From an uncultured Eubacteriales bacterium (GTDB lineage: Bacteria > Bacillota_I > Bacilli_A > RF39 > UBA660), in the NCBI GenBank assembly GCA_963536495.1, contig CAUTAF010000003.1:6582-70581 (forward strand): a stretch of DNA of 64,000 bases, read 5' to 3'. The notes under the pieces were generated by a model. The model did not search any database. It saw only the letters and a program-made list of their open reading frames with translations, and was not told the DNA's origin. Below are positions 28,467-39,400 of the stretch, one piece after another. Positions within the stretch are counted from its first letter, which is position 1; each line of letters starts with the position of its first letter. Position numbers and translations under genes: made by a program.

Positions 28467-29403
28467 TAGTATTAATTCTCCTAATTATATATTGAGGTCT
28501 ATTCTTAGTATCACTATCTATTAATTTTATATAACTCATAATTAAAGATAAAACAAAGATATTAATAGATGTCATAATTAATATTAAAAATATTACAATA
28601 TCTAATTTATCTATACCTAAAAAAGTTTTTATTATTAAAAATATAATAGATATTAAAAATAATACAGATGCTATTAATTTAATAAGTGATAAAAATATAT
28701 TAGTGAAATTTTTAAAACCTAGTAAAGCATATGAAAATAAGCTAAAGAAATTCCAAGATGTCTTCCCTTCTTTTCTTGTTTCTACTTCATAAGGCATATA
28801 ATAAATATTAAATCCTACATAAGAAAATATTCCTTTAGAAAATCTATTATGTTCTTTAATAGAGATTATAGCATCAAGAACTTCTTTTCTAAACATCCTA
28901 AAGTCACTTACTCCATTTTTAAATTCAACTTCACTAAATGTATTAATAATCTTATAAAAACTTTTCTTAAATATAGATAATATTCCTTCTTTTCTTTTCT
29001 TTTGATAACAGGCTACTTCATCTATTTCTTTATTTTCATTTAAATATTCATACATTTTCAATAAATATTTAGGATTTTGTTGTAAATCAGCATCAATTAT
29101 AGATATATAATTAGCATCTTTTCTAACATTTTCTAAACCTGCTAACATAGCACTTTCTTTACCAAAATTTCTTGAAAAATTAATACATTTAATTTTAATA
29201 TCTTTATTTTTTAATAATTTTGATAATTCTTCTTCTGTTTTATCTTTTGATCCATCATTTACAAAGATTAATTCTAAATCTATATTTTTTAATTCTTCTT
29301 TAATCTTTTCATAAAATTTAGCTATATTTTTTTCTTCATTATAACAAGGTACAATTACAGATAATTTTTGTTTCATAACAACTCCATAATAAAAATATAT
29401 CAT
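28459..29403 (-). CDS. Family 2 glycosyltransferase (GtrB/CsbB-like polyprenyl-phosphate sugar transferase)
   Basis: LSVIVPCYNEEKNI, DGSKDKT and DADLQ motifs. Two C-terminal TM helices. Confidence 0.75.
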   Translation of the reverse strand: MIYFYYGVVMKQKLSVIVPCYNEEKNIAKFYEKIKEELKNIDLELIFVNDGSKDKTEEELSKLLKNKDIKIKCINFSRNFGKESAMLAGLENVRKDANYISIIDADLQQNPKYLLKMYEYLNENKEIDEVACYQKKRKEGILSIFKKSFYKIINTFSEVEFKNGVSDFRMFRKEVLDAIISIKEHNRFSKGIFSYVGFNIYYMPYEVETRKEGKTSWNFFSLFSYALLGFKNFTNIFLSLIKLIASVLFLISIIFLIIKTFLGIDKLDIVIFLILIMTSINIFVLSLIMSYIKLIDSDTKNRPQYIIRRINTND

Positions 29404-29411
29404 TATTTTTA

Positions 29412-30515
29412 TTAATTTTCTATATATTTAATCTCTACTCTTTTTTTAATACCACATAATATATCACAATTAATAGTATTAAGTTTTTTAGATATTTCAT
29501 CTATTTTTATATTATCACCAAATAATTCTACAACATCTCCTACTTTAACATCAAGACCTGTTACATCTACCATCATATGATCCATACATATTCTTCCTAA
29601 AATATTACATTTTTTATTATTTATATATACATAAAAATCATTAGATAAAGCTCTTGGATATCCATCTGCATAACCTATAGAAACTACTGCTATCTTAGTT
29701 GGTTTATTAGTAGTATAAAGTCTAGAATATGATACTTTAGTATCTTTTTTAACTGTTTTTATAGAAATAACTCTACTATATAACTTAACAACCGGATAAA
29801 ATTTCATATCACTTATATTTCTATAATCATCTCTTACTGTCATTCCATACATAATGATACCAGGTCTTACATAATCAAATTTTTCTTTATAATTTAAAAT
29901 ACCATGACTTGCAAATAAATGAGCATATAGATGATTTATATTTTTACTTTTTAATAATTCTAATAAGTTTTTAAAGTTTTTTATTTGCATATCACTATAA
30001 CTAGTGTCAAAATCATCTGATGAAGATAAATGAGAATAAATTCCTGTAATATTTATATTAGAGAAATTAAAAGCTTTTAAAATTTCATCTATTTCTTTTT
30101 GTTCATCATTATACATAAAACCAAGTCTAGTCATACCAGTATCAATTTTTAAATGAGCATTGATTTTAAAATTCTCTTTTACTAAATAGTTATTAAGACT
30201 TTCTAATTCATCTAACGAATACACCGCTAAAGTAAAATTATTGTTTTTTAATAAATGATATTCTTCTTCAAAAACTTTAGACAGTATTAAAATTTCTTTA
30301 TTTATATTATTTTTTCTAAGTTCTAAAGCTTCTTGTATACTACAAACTGCAAAAAAATCTATCATTTGTTTTTCTAATGTTTGAGCAATTTTAACAGCTC
30401 CCAAACTATATGCATCGCTTTTTATAACAGCAATTATATTTGTCTTAGTTAATCTTTTTATTTCTTCTACATTTTTTATTATGTTCTTTAAGTTTACTTC
30501 CAAGTAACTTCTCAT
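29412..30515 (-). CDS. alr: Alanine racemase
   Basis: AVIKSDAYSLGAVKIA (PLP-lysine region). 367 aa. Confidence 0.85.
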   Translation of the reverse strand: MRSYLEVNLKNIIKNVEEIKRLTKTNIIAVIKSDAYSLGAVKIAQTLEKQMIDFFAVCSIQEALELRKNNINKEILILSKVFEEEYHLLKNNNFTLAVYSLDELESLNNYLVKENFKINAHLKIDTGMTRLGFMYNDEQKEIDEILKAFNFSNINITGIYSHLSSSDDFDTSYSDMQIKNFKNLLELLKSKNINHLYAHLFASHGILNYKEKFDYVRPGIIMYGMTVRDDYRNISDMKFYPVVKLYSRVISIKTVKKDTKVSYSRLYTTNKPTKIAVVSIGYADGYPRALSNDFYVYINNKKCNILGRICMDHMMVDVTGLDVKVGDVVELFGDNIKIDEISKKLNTINCDILCGIKKRVEIKYIEN

Positions 30516-32919
30516 TATTTTTTTCCTTCCATAGTAAATATAAATAAACTATAAAAGATATAAATGTTATTATTAAAGATTCTTTCTTTAAAGGAGAAGT
30601 GAATTTTAAAACAATACTATGTTCTCCTTTAGGAACTTTAAATCCAACAAAAGCTTTATTAACTTTTTCTACCTCTACTTCTTTTTTATCAATATATGCT
30701 TTAAATCCCTTATCATATGGAATACTAGTTATAAAATAACCATCTTCTTTAAGACTTACTTTAGAAGTAAATAAAGAATCTTTATATTCAACATTTAACT
30801 CTTTTTGTTTTAATATATTAAAATCTTTAATTTCATATATTTCATAATCTTTTATATAATATTTACCTTTTTTTATTTTTATATTTAAAACATCACTAGT
30901 AGTTAGATAGTCAAAAGTATAATTTTTATTATGATATTTCCAACTCTTACAAGTTAATTTATTTCTTATATTATTAATATCTATATAAGTATCTTTACTT
31001 TTACATGAAGGAGAATCATACATATTTATTCTTACAAATAATGTTTTAACTTTTCCTAAATTAATACTATATTTTTTATCTTTTTCTTCTAGATATTCAC
31101 CTGTTTTAACTAAATTAATATCATTAATCTTTTCTGTTTTTAAATCAATTTCATTTTTAGCTTCTTTTACTACATCATAGTTCATTAAAGATAAAGGTTT
31201 TTGATAATATTTTAACTTATCATAATATTCTTCACTTATTAAATTATTACTAAAATAAAACATCGGTTTATATTCTTCATTTAAATAAATATTATAATTA
31301 TCTATTTTTTTAATTAATTTTTTATTTATTAAAGTAGTTTTAGTAACTATATATTTATTTGATAATGAAGATAAATAATAATCAGATAATGTCGTAGTAG
31401 TTATTACCCTATTTCTATGTTTAATATTATTTAATAATTCTTCATAATAAAAATTACTATAATTTTTATTATTCAAAGAAGAATATATTGTAGATATCAA
31501 AACTTCACTATTATCAAATATTTGGTTTATAAATGCTTCATTTTTATAATCTATTGCAATTCTATATAAAGATTTATCATTTTCTTTAATATAATTAACT
31601 ATATTTTTCAAACTTTGATAATCTTTATCAAAAGTCTTTTTATCAACTAATGGATCATTTAATGAAAAAATTAAACAAATACTAATTACAAGAAACATAA
31701 TAGTATTTAAAATAAAATCTTTTTTAAATTTTTTATATAAAAAGAAAACTATAGATAATACTATTAAATCAATATATATATACATAGTTGAATTAATTAT
31801 AGATATAGCAGTTATTAACATTATAAAAATAAGTTCTTTATTACTTATTAGATTTTTAGTTAATTTACTTAAAAAATTAGCAATAACTAATATAATAAGT
31901 GGTAAAAATGGTATTAATATTTTTGCATCAATATACATTAAAGCATTTAATATATAATTAAATACTGGAAATAACATTATTAAAAATAATATTATAGATA
32001 AAAATTTATATTTTAAATCTTTAGATATCAAACTATATATTATAGCTACGATAGAAATTAAAGTTAAACCTATTCCATATGGATTATATAAAAAATATAA
32101 AAGATTAATTTTAGGAATTAAAGTTTCTATAAAATTAATTGCTACACTAGTTTTTTCTCTTCCATTTAATATTACTGCTGCTGTTGGTAAAAGTACTATA
32201 GAACTTAAAAGTATTCCATGTATAAAATTTAGTGATAAGTTTAAAAGTTTAAAAAACAAATCTTTTATAACTATTTTTTCTTCTTTTTCTAAATATTTAA
32301 ATATATAGTAAATTATTAAAACTAGATATGATGATATAGAGTAATAAAAACTAGATATCGCTATTAAAAATATTGATATAACAAGTAACGAACTTTCATT
32401 TTTATCATACTTTTTATCTATTCCAAAAAGACCTAGTATTAAAAACGGCATATAATTTATAAACATAATATGTCTATGTGAATGAAAAGAAAGCGACATA
32501 GAAAATATAAATAATATAGTTGTCATAAAAGAAATCTTTTCATCATATCTTTTTCTTAACCAAATATATGTAAGTATTGCAGATATTATAGGTATTAACA
32601 TTCCAATTACCGATATAAAATCTACCATCTTTATAAATGGTAAAAAATATGAAATAAGGATATAAGGATTAAAAAGTCCATAATATGATAAATAATAAAT
32701 ATTTTGACCTGCTCCTATATTTAAAATAAAATCAGGAAAAAGATTAAAATTTTGATAGAACAAAGTTCTAATTGTATTAGGTATTGCTATATGTTGAGCT
32801 TCCCAATCAAGTAAAGATCCATAATAATTAGTAAATCTAGTTATTATTAATACAAAGATTAAAAAAGTTATAATAATTATAACTAGATTTAACTTATCTT
32901 TTTTGTTTAAACTCTTCAT
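30445..32919 (-). CDS. Large polytopic membrane protein, YfhO-like (putative glycosyl carrier-dependent glycosyltransferase)
   Basis: 824 aa with more than 12 TM helices. Lies next to GtrA and GT2, as in GtrA/CsbB/YfhO three-component glycosylation systems. Its 3' end overlaps alr by 71 nt. Confidence 0.45.
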   Translation of the reverse strand: MKSLNKKDKLNLVIIIITFLIFVLIITRFTNYYGSLLDWEAQHIAIPNTIRTLFYQNFNLFPDFILNIGAGQNIYYLSYYGLFNPYILISYFLPFIKMVDFISVIGMLIPIISAILTYIWLRKRYDEKISFMTTILFIFSMSLSFHSHRHIMFINYMPFLILGLFGIDKKYDKNESSLLVISIFLIAISSFYYSISSYLVLIIYYIFKYLEKEEKIVIKDLFFKLLNLSLNFIHGILLSSIVLLPTAAVILNGREKTSVAINFIETLIPKINLLYFLYNPYGIGLTLISIVAIIYSLISKDLKYKFLSIILFLIMLFPVFNYILNALMYIDAKILIPFLPLIILVIANFLSKLTKNLISNKELIFIMLITAISIINSTMYIYIDLIVLSIVFFLYKKFKKDFILNTIMFLVISICLIFSLNDPLVDKKTFDKDYQSLKNIVNYIKENDKSLYRIAIDYKNEAFINQIFDNSEVLISTIYSSLNNKNYSNFYYEELLNNIKHRNRVITTTTLSDYYLSSLSNKYIVTKTTLINKKLIKKIDNYNIYLNEEYKPMFYFSNNLISEEYYDKLKYYQKPLSLMNYDVVKEAKNEIDLKTEKINDINLVKTGEYLEEKDKKYSINLGKVKTLFVRINMYDSPSCKSKDTYIDINNIRNKLTCKSWKYHNKNYTFDYLTTSDVLNIKIKKGKYYIKDYEIYEIKDFNILKQKELNVEYKDSLFTSKVSLKEDGYFITSIPYDKGFKAYIDKKEVEVEKVNKAFVGFKVPKGEHSIVLKFTSPLKKESLIITFISFIVYLYLLWKEKNNEKLLGSKLKEHNKKCRRNKKIN

Positions 32920-33598
32920 TATTCATCCAATCTTCATAAGGTATTAACTTTTCAAAAGCTATCATATGATAAAACATTTTTTTTATAAATCCTTGTGATT
33001 TATAAATAGATAATATTCTTTTCTTTTCTTCTAAATCTTCTTTTGGCATAGGATTATGATAATCTATAATAGATTTTCTCTTATACATATTAAAGTAATA
33101 AAGTTTATTATGATCTACTACTTCACTAACTATTTTACTAGTCATTTTATGATGCATATGTCCATATTCTCCATATGGATTATGTACTACTACCTTTTTC
33201 CAATTTTTTAATTTATATATTTTTTCTACATCTTCCTTTATTCTAGGATATTCTTTTTTCCAATTACTTCTCATATTCATAATCTTATCTGGATATCCAA
33301 GCATATAATATTTATCTTTAGTTTCTTTCATTACTTTTTTAAATTCTTTAACTCTTACCTTGTTACTACCACAAGTAATACATACTACTAGATAATTATT
33401 CTTAATAAGTTCTCTTCCACCCCAAAGCATTTCATCATCAGGATGTGCTACAAACATTAAATTATCAACACCATTTAAATTAAGTTTTTCATAACCATCT
33501 CTTTTTCTAAAAAACAAAAAATAAATACTAGCAAATGCCATTATAACAAATGATATTTTTAAAGTTATAATCAATATATTTTTTTTCAATTTCATCAC
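32894..33598 (-). CDS. PIG-L/LmbE-family N-acetylglucosaminyl deacetylase
   Basis: LMFVAHPDDEMLWGG motif. N-terminal TM. 234 aa. Confidence 0.7.
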   Translation of the reverse strand: MMKLKKNILIITLKISFVIMAFASIYFLFFRKRDGYEKLNLNGVDNLMFVAHPDDEMLWGGRELIKNNYLVVCITCGSNKVRVKEFKKVMKETKDKYYMLGYPDKIMNMRSNWKKEYPRIKEDVEKIYKLKNWKKVVVHNPYGEYGHMHHKMTSKIVSEVVDHNKLYYFNMYKRKSIIDYHNPMPKEDLEEKKRILSIYKSQGFIKKMFYHMIAFEKLIPYEDWMNNEEFKQKR

Positions 33599-33616
33599 CT
33601 AAATAAAATTATACTC

Positions 33617-34303
33617 CTAGTTATTAAATGAAACAAAATTATTGTTTCTAAGTTTCAAATATCTAGTAAATAAGATATATGAAACAGTAAATAAACAGAA
33701 AACATAAAATACAACAAATAAACTAATATCAGAATTTGTCATACTTAAGCTAATAAGTAAATTATATAATCCATGTAAAATAGTAGGTATTAAAAATGCT
33801 AAAAAGATATCAGTAATAGAATTTAAATATTTAGAATTAACTTGATTATCTTTAGCATATCCTAAAAAATAACCCATAATAACACCTAAAGCAAAGTGAA
33901 TACCACAAGACATAACTGATCTTAAGACGATTTCTATCAGATCAAGTTTTAAATCATATATATAGATTATGTTTTCTACAAAAATAAATCCTAAAGCTAA
34001 AAAGGTAGAATAAACTATAGAATCGTATATTTCATCAAATTCCATAGCATTAAAACACATTAAAAAGAGTACTATAAACTTAATAAATTCTTCTTTAAAT
34101 CCTATAAACAATAAATTTTTTAAAACTATATTATTTACTACTATAGGTTTAATAAATTCACTAACTGTATAAGAAAATATTGCACTAAATATCCCCCCTA
34201 GTAATAAAAGTATAATCATATATAAAGATTCTTTATGTTTATCTTTTTTATAAATAAAAAGTGTAAGTAATAGTACTGGTAAAAAACCTATTATTATTTT
34301 CAT
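33617..34303 (-). CDS. PrsW-family intramembrane metalloprotease-like protein
   Basis: EEFIK, FVENIIY and HGLYN motifs in TM helices (EExxK / FxxxE / HxxxN pattern). Confidence 0.5.
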   Translation of the reverse strand: MKIIIGFLPVLLLTLFIYKKDKHKESLYMIILLLLGGIFSAIFSYTVSEFIKPIVVNNIVLKNLLFIGFKEEFIKFIVLFLMCFNAMEFDEIYDSIVYSTFLALGFIFVENIIYIYDLKLDLIEIVLRSVMSCGIHFALGVIMGYFLGYAKDNQVNSKYLNSITDIFLAFLIPTILHGLYNLLISLSMTNSDISLFVVFYVFCLFTVSYILFTRYLKLRNNNFVSFNN

Positions 34304-34611
34304 TTTATATCATCAATAAATTTCTTTAATTGTTTTGAATCTCTACCTAATACTATTTTTAATTTATTATCTATTTCTACTATACCTTTAGCTCCTAGCT
34401 TTTGTATTCCTTCTTTATTAACTATAGATATATCTTTTAAAGTAACTATAAATCTAGACATATTATAACTACTATCTATTATATTATCTTTACCACCAAG
34501 ATATTCTAATAACTTATTCATATTTAAATTAAAATCTGCTTTATTTATTTTTAATACTGTAAACAATATAATTATTAGTATTAATATAACTATATAATAT
34601 TCTGTTCTCAT
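34300..34611 (-). CDS. Hypothetical small protein with an N-terminal TM
   Basis: ORF, overlap-coupled on both sides. Confidence 0.4.
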   Translation of the reverse strand: MRTEYYIVILILIIILFTVLKINKADFNLNMNKLLEYLGGKDNIIDSSYNMSRFIVTLKDISIVNKEGIQKLGAKGIVEIDNKLKIVLGRDSKQLKKFIDDIK

Positions 34612-35459
34612 TTTTTCTCCTTACTCTTCTTTTTTGTTTCTTTTTTAACTTCTTTTACTTCTTCTTTTATCTCTAATTCTTCTTGTTTTTCTTCTTTTTC
34701 TTCATATTTATCTAAGAAATTATCTTCTGTAACTATTCCTTTTTTCTTTATTTTATATAAATTAATAAAATAAAGCACTACTAATACAAGCATAATAAAT
34801 ATTAAAGTTACTAAAGTATATAAAGTTAATTCTTGCATGTATTCTGAATAGTTTAAAAGTAAATTATTTAAATAACTTGCCCAAACATTACCTACAAAAC
34901 TTATAAATTTTGGAATAAAAGTTATTAATAAATTAACTATAAAACAAATAAATAAAATTATCGCAATATTAGAAAATGTTTTAGAAGTAGATTTATTAAT
35001 AATCATAAACATAATAAACATAAAAATAAGTATTACTATTATAGCTATTACTATTTCTTTTAATGCTATTTTTTCTATTTCTTTAAATATACCTACTTTA
35101 TATCTTTTTACTTGATTTATAATTTTTTCTTCTACTAAAGTTTTTTCATAAAAATGTTTATCTAATTTTTCTAACTTTAATTTATCTTTTATATATTCTC
35201 TATCTATTAAAGCATCTTTGTTATTAATAACATCAATAATAAAGTCATCTATTTTTTTATCAATATTTATTACTTCTACTTCTCCAAGTTCTTTAAAAAA
35301 TTCATAAACAAAATTTTTATTATTTTTAGCATACTCAATTTTTTCTACATTTTTTCTTATATTTTCACTACTATTAACTAATTTAAATATATATAAATTA
35401 CTTAATAAAAGTAATGTAACTATAAAAATAAACGATAATATTTTATTTAAAATTTTCAT
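34608..35459 (-). CDS. Hypothetical membrane protein with a K/E-rich C-terminal tail
   Basis: ORF with several TM helices. Confidence 0.4.
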   Translation of the reverse strand: MKILNKILSFIFIVTLLLLSNLYIFKLVNSSENIRKNVEKIEYAKNNKNFVYEFFKELGEVEVINIDKKIDDFIIDVINNKDALIDREYIKDKLKLEKLDKHFYEKTLVEEKIINQVKRYKVGIFKEIEKIALKEIVIAIIVILIFMFIMFMIINKSTSKTFSNIAIILFICFIVNLLITFIPKFISFVGNVWASYLNNLLLNYSEYMQELTLYTLVTLIFIMLVLVVLYFINLYKIKKKGIVTEDNFLDKYEEKEEKQEELEIKEEVKEVKKETKKKSKEKK

Positions 35460-35950
35460 ATTTTTCTCCTACTTTCTATAATTTTATCAAATTCCTTTAA
35501 ATCTTCTTTATTATAAGACCACATTAAAATTTCCATAAAGTTATCACTATCTTCAAATAAAAAGCATTTCATATAATAAGTTTTTTTATTTTTAGTAAAT
35601 GTAAATGTATATGAATTATTATTTTCTTTTATCTCTAGATTTTCTTTATCTTTTTTATTATCTTCTAGTTTATAATTTTTATAAAAATTAAAATCATTTT
35701 TAAAATTATTTTTATTATCTATAAAAACAGTTATTATTTTAAAATTAGTTTTATCCATATAAACTATATCAGTTAAAGGATTAACTTTTTCTTTATCTAT
35801 TTTTTCATATTTTTCATCAATTAATAACTCATAATTATTACTAGTTTTTATTCTTTTTAGATTGCTATTATTAAAATTAGTAAACAAATAAGAAATAGTA
35901 ATAAACATAATTCCTAAGACTAAAAATAGATTTATTATTCTTTTCTTCAT
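35456..35950 (-). CDS. Hypothetical secreted or membrane-anchored protein
   Basis: N-terminal LFLVLGIMFITISYLF. Confidence 0.4.
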   Translation of the reverse strand: MKKRIINLFLVLGIMFITISYLFTNFNNSNLKRIKTSNNYELLIDEKYEKIDKEKVNPLTDIVYMDKTNFKIITVFIDNKNNFKNDFNFYKNYKLEDNKKDKENLEIKENNNSYTFTFTKNKKTYYMKCFLFEDSDNFMEILMWSYNKEDLKEFDKIIESRRKI

Positions 35951-35970
35951 ATACTAAAAGTATAACATAA

Positions 35971-36003
35971 AAATTAAAAAAGATAGAAAATTCTATCTTT
36001 TCA
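35971..36003 (-). terminator. Intrinsic terminator closing the giant-protein operon
   Basis: aaaaagatagaa-aa-ttctatcttttt: a perfect 8-bp stem with A/T runs on both sides. Confidence 0.6.
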
Positions 36004-36007
36004 TCTC

Positions 36008-36436
36008 TTATGCTAAATCGCTATTTACTTTTTCTATAACTGGATTATAAGTTGAATTATCAAACGCTAATATCCCCCAAAAGATTACTGGCAAAAAGAA
36101 TAATCCTAAAGCAAACATTCCAGGTTTTCCAAAGTTTCTTGAAATATTTACTAACATTCTTATACATATATATATGTTAACGAATGGTATAAGTAAAAGT
36201 AATATATTCCATACTGGCATAGACGCTATTTCAAACATAACTACAACATTATATATAGGAATAAGCACTGCCCATCCAGGTTTACCAGCTTTAGTAAATA
36301 CTTTCCATTTAAATATTATAGAAACAATAGCTATTAGAAAAGTGATCATAAAAATAAACATAAAGAATCCTAAAAATGCTGCTACAAAGGCTTCTAAAGC
36401 ATCTACACTACTACTATCATAATAATAATCTGTCAT
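36008..36436 (-). CDS. Small polytopic membrane protein (142 aa) with a KAGKPGWAVLIPIYN motif
   Basis: RBS AAGGAGAAG. 3-4 TM helices. Co-transcribed downstream of the 1340-aa gene. Confidence 0.5.
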   Translation of the reverse strand: MTDYYYDSSSVDALEAFVAAFLGFFMFIFMITFLIAIVSIIFKWKVFTKAGKPGWAVLIPIYNVVVMFEIASMPVWNILLLLIPFVNIYICIRMLVNISRNFGKPGMFALGLFFLPVIFWGILAFDNSTYNPVIEKVNSDLA

Positions 36437-36487
36437 TTTCTTCTCCTTCTATTTTAAGTATATATAATTAATAACTATTATACAATA

Positions 36488-39400
36488 TTATTTTCTTCTA
36501 ATATCTTTTTTTATTTCTAAAGCTTTATTAAACATATTTATTTGTTCATCATTTAAAGATAATAACATGATATCTTTATCTTCTTTTATTTGATTTATCG
36601 CCATATTAATTTGTAATAAAACACTATCTTCTATATCGATAATTTGATTTTTATTTATTATTTTTTTATTAAATAATAAATCTGCTATTTTAACTGTCTT
36701 ATCATCACTATCATAAAGAATTGCAAAATTAGGATTCATTACAACTTTTGTAGTTTGAGGATTTAAATTATGTTTAATAGCTAACTTAGTAATAAATAAG
36801 TTAGATTCTTCTACTTTATAATTAGTATTTTTGGTAATATTTTCAAGTTCTTGATAAGTATTAAAACTCTTAAAATTACTATCGTTATATTCAATATATT
36901 CATCATTATAGATATATAAATTATCAAGATTATATTCTTTATCTACTGTTTTTTCATCTAATAAAACATATTGATTTTTAGAATCATCTAAATCTAATTT
37001 TCTATTTAATATAACTGGTTCATATTTAATAGGTTCTTTTATATTATATTCTTTTTCTAAAGTTAAATTTTCTTCTAAAACTTTATATATATCGTTATTT
37101 CCTCTACCTATCGTAATTTTCTTAAGTCTTAAAGCTTCATATTCTTCTTTAGTTATCTTTTTTTCTTCTAATAATTTTTGATAAGTTTCTTTATCGAGTT
37201 TTATTAATTCCTCTGCTGCTTTTTTATATACTTCAAATATTTCTTTATTTAAAGCTTCTTTAGTTTTATTAACTTCTCTATTAATTGCTTTATTTGGTAC
37301 TTCGATGTTATCAAAACATAATGTGTCCCCATTTCTCCATACCCAACTTTCTGCAACTAAATGACCTACTTTATCTTTTACAACAAATATTCTTCCATCG
37401 TTATCTATCATACTATGTTCCATACAGGTTTCACCACGACCTGATAGTTTTTGACAACAATCACTAAATACACCTACTGTTAATGCAAATGGATCATCTA
37501 ATCTTAATATTTCATAATCATAATCATCATGTGAATTTTCTACTCTAACTATACTACTTAAAGTTCTTTTTCTACCTAAATTATAAATTTGTTGTAATAC
37601 TTCAAAATCTTTTTCTTTATAACCTGCTATTAAAGATGTTCTAGCTAAAGCTTCATTACCAACATTAATATCTTGATAACTTGCACTTGATATATAAGAA
37701 AGTGCATGATTTAATGTTAATTTTCTATTACTATTCATTATTTCTATTTCTCTAAAACTTTTAGCAACTTTATTTAACATTTCTAATTTTTCATTGTTAT
37801 TATTTAAAATAATATTTAAATTTTTTAAAAAGAATTCTCTAAAACCAGGATTATTTTCATATAAGAAATCTTTAAATATTTTTTCTAATTTATTTGGGGT
37901 AATTATAGGTAATTCTTCATACTGTTCTAAAATATTTCTAAATACTTTAGATGTCTTAGTTGCATAATCAAAATTAATATTTAAAGAACAATTGTGATTT
38001 TCATCTTCTGTATAAAATCTTTCAAAGAGCTTATCTTCATCAAATTCTACTTTATCCTTTTTTAAAGATAAAATTAAATCTTTTTTATATTTAGTATTAA
38101 TATCTTTTTTAAGTTCTTCTAATATAAAAGAATAATTACTTGATATAGTTTTAGGAATATATGTAAGTATAGAATATAACTGGTCATATCCTTTACTATC
38201 TTGATCAAAAACTCCAAATAAATAAGAAGCTTTTATTAAAGATATTATTTTATCTTCACTATTTGAATAAGTTTTAAGTCTCATTAAATTAGACCAATAT
38301 TTACCTGATAATAAAAAACTATCTATATCATTTTCTGGAAATTTCATCATTACTGTTTTATTAGGTATAAAAGTTTCTCCAGTTTTCTTATACCATTTTT
38401 CTAATTTATCAATTCTTACTTTATCTATCATAGATATTACATCATCAGTACTTTTAAGAGCTAGTTTTATTCCATTTTCTATTCCAAATCTATTAAAATA
38501 TTCTTTTATATCATTATGTATACTAGGATTTTTTAAAAGAGCCAGTTTAATTTGATTTTTTGTTAAATAACTTTTCCACTCATTATAATTTTCTTTTAAT
38601 ATTTTTAAATCTAAATATCTATTATTAGCATAAAAATATTCTTTTAATTCTTTTGGAGCATTTTCATCTATAAATAATTCTTTATGTTTATCTTTTAGAA
38701 AAATTTTACTATCTTCTTCATATATGAAGTCTCCAGATAAACATTTTTGAGAAATAACATTCATTATTTTTTCTTCTAAATTATTATAATCTTTAAACTT
38801 TTTAATATCTTCAATACTTATAGCTTCTAATAATTTACCATACTTTTCACCTAAAGTTAAAAATGCATCTTTTCCTAAACTTAGAATAAAATCATTATAA
38901 TTATCATTTTTTTGAAAGAATAAGAATAATTTTTTATGTTTTAAATATTCTTTTAACTCTGGATATTTTTTTATGTAATCTAAACTTAACCTTCCATTAT
39001 AACATAGATTTTTTAAATGTTCATTTTCTTCTTTTGTTATATTTAAAACATCTTTAAAATCGACGAATATTTCTGGATATTTATTTTTAAAATTAATATT
39101 TTTTTCTAGTGTTCCATAATTTATATTTTTATTAAATAAAGATGCTTTACCAGTTAAGATAAAATTATAAACACTTTGTTCTATCTTTTCATTTAATTTA
39201 TCAAATTGATAAAAATCATCTAATGTTCTAACATTTAAACCATTCTTAATAAATGGTCCATAACTTGTCCATAATTTTAAAAAATTATAATTACCATAGG
39301 TATTAATATATTCTTTTACAAAATCAAAATTATAATCATTAAAAAGATAAATAATTGGTAAATCTAATACTTTAAATAAATCTTTATTCTTTAATTCTTC

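Noticed and set aside
36174-37467. Small plus-strand ORFs at 36174-36422 and 37285-37467
   Set aside because: They are antisense within the 142-aa and 1340-aa genes.
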